Below are positions 42,181 through 42,953 of a stretch of 42,953 nt of DNA, one piece after another. The DNA lies in contig JAZUKX010000012.1 of the NCBI GenBank assembly GCA_045643505.1, forward strand, positions 1 through 42,953, read 5' to 3'. A model generated the notes under the pieces. The model saw only the letters and a program-made list of their open reading frames with translations, ran no database searches and was not told the origin of the DNA. The stretch is from Candidatus Absconditabacterales bacterium. GTDB lineage: Bacteria; Patescibacteriota; Gracilibacteria; Absconditabacterales; Absconditicoccaceae. Each line of letters begins with the position of its first letter. The first letter of the stretch is position 1. The position numbers and the translations under genes are program-made.

Positions 42181-42438
42181 AATCATAGATTATTCATGTT
42201 GTCGTTAGTAAACTAACTCCTATCCCACTACTTACGTAGTGCCTTTTGCACGTTTTTATAAATAATAATAATATATAATAAGTAATCATAGATTACAAGT
42301 AGTACGTTAGTACGTACATAATATTCCAAGAATCATAGATTCTCGTTATCACAGATGTATTCCGCCCAGCCGCCAGCGCAGCTGCCGTACTGGAAGGATG
42401 TATTTTGCACGTTTGAGTGTTTTGTAGTACGTTAGTAC
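42181..42438. repeat. dispersed motif cluster: AATCATAGATT x3, TTTTGCACGTTT x2, GTAGTACGTTAGTAC x2
   Basis: Exact copies at 42181/42284/42331, at 42244/42403 and at 42299/42424. Confidence 0.7.
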
Positions 42439-42788
42439 CTAACTATGTATTTATTTAATGTATTTTATTTAAGAATCCAAAGGATGTGTACGCTATATAT
42501 GTATATAGCTAATGTATTTAATGTTTATATTATATTATAATATTCATTCAAAACATTTGAGATTTGATATACCCCCATCGTGTATGAACCTATAAACCCA
42601 ATTAAGGGCGGAAAAATTGTGGGAGGGCTTATCGACGCTATACCCCCTTATGTTTTTTATATATAATATTTTTTTTTTATTATGTATCTAGTTGATTTAT
42701 TTTATAGTCAACTTGATGTGTGATATATTATATAATTATTTTTTTATAATATGTTTTTATATGTTTATTATAATTATATAACTAAGTA

Positions 42789-42895
42789 CTATATATTATT
42801 ATTATAATTGTATAATGTATCTATTGTAAATGATAATCTATATATTATTATTGTAATTATAAAATATATAGATGTAACGAATTGTAAATATATTA
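42789..42895. repeat. two imperfect tandem repeats (~49-58 bp, CTATATATTATTATT ... ATTGTAAAT)
   Basis: The units start at 42789 and 42838. Each ends with ATTGTAAAT (42823, 42881). Confidence 0.5.
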
Positions 42896-42906
42896 TATCA
42901 ATATAC

Positions 42907-42935
42907 TTGACTTTTATTTTACATTGTGTTATAAT
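42907..42935 (+). promoter_or_regulatory. near-consensus extended -10 promoter (TTGACT-17-TGtTATAAT) firing out of the right end
   Basis: -35 at 42907-42912; -10 at 42930-42935. Only about 18 nt of window remain downstream. Confidence 0.65.
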
Positions 42936-42953
42936 AATAATATAAGGGATAAG

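Noticed and set aside
1-42953. tRNA, tmRNA or rRNA genes.
   Set aside because: I found no cloverleaf-compatible segment and no GTTCGAATC-type T-arm by eye in the non-coding regions. A tRNAscan-SE or Infernal run would be needed for certainty.
1-42953. Lysogeny module or temperate lifestyle, with the GC island at 42362-42396 as an attP core.
   Set aside because: I recognise no integrase, recombinase, excisionase or CI/Cro-like divergent switch. All genes are co-directional.
1-42953. Direct terminal repeat shared by the two window ends.
   Set aside because: The first ~100 nt and the last ~100 nt share no obvious sequence by eye. If a terminal repeat exists it was collapsed in assembly.

Overview
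The window looks like an essentially complete genome (~43 kb) of a very AT-rich phage with no visible lysogeny genes. All calls are from reading the sequence and recalling family motifs; no database search was run.

Organisation:
- Every convincing gene is on the + strand. Genes are tightly packed, have strong GGAGG-type ribosome-binding sites, and many stop/start overlaps (TAATG, ATGA).
- 846-6653: many tiny acidic or hydrophobic early-type proteins, plus an M15 peptidase and a permuted papain-like hydrolase.
- 6929-15911: a replication and nucleotide-metabolism module. It holds two DnaD-like proteins, a DnaB/RecA-type helicase, a dNTP-pyrophosphohydrolase-like protein, a sigma factor, a FEN-type exonuclease, a metallophosphoesterase, an AEP prim-pol, a zf-HC2 anti-sigma-like protein and a HAD phosphatase. 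I see no DNA polymerase and no single-subunit RNA polymerase.
- 16070-39663: a packaging and podovirus-type (T7-like gene order) structural module. It runs TerL, portal, scaffold, capsid, two tail-tube-like proteins, three internal-core-like proteins (one with a lytic transglycosylase domain), then fibre genes.
- 39754-42064: a terminal set of small genes, including a standalone LigA domain-Ia-like protein, an HNH endonuclease and a winged-helix (wHTH) protein.

Most unusual features:
1. A family of near-identical extended -10 promoters. Three of them have the -10 element inside an inverted repeat, and two of those repeats are the intrinsic terminators of the upstream operon.
2. Nested long helices that enclose terminators (2338-2487 and 6797-6893).
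3. About 1.7 kb with no long ORFs (nothing above the track cutoff) wrapping around the window ends (42065-42953 plus 1-845). It contains 22-bp iterons, several repeated motif families, a GC-rich island flanked by 8-bp direct repeats, and a consensus promoter firing out of the right end.
4. A sigma factor plus a zf-HC2 anti-sigma-like protein.
5. A GNAT plus T7-endonuclease-I cassette sitting inside the virion module.
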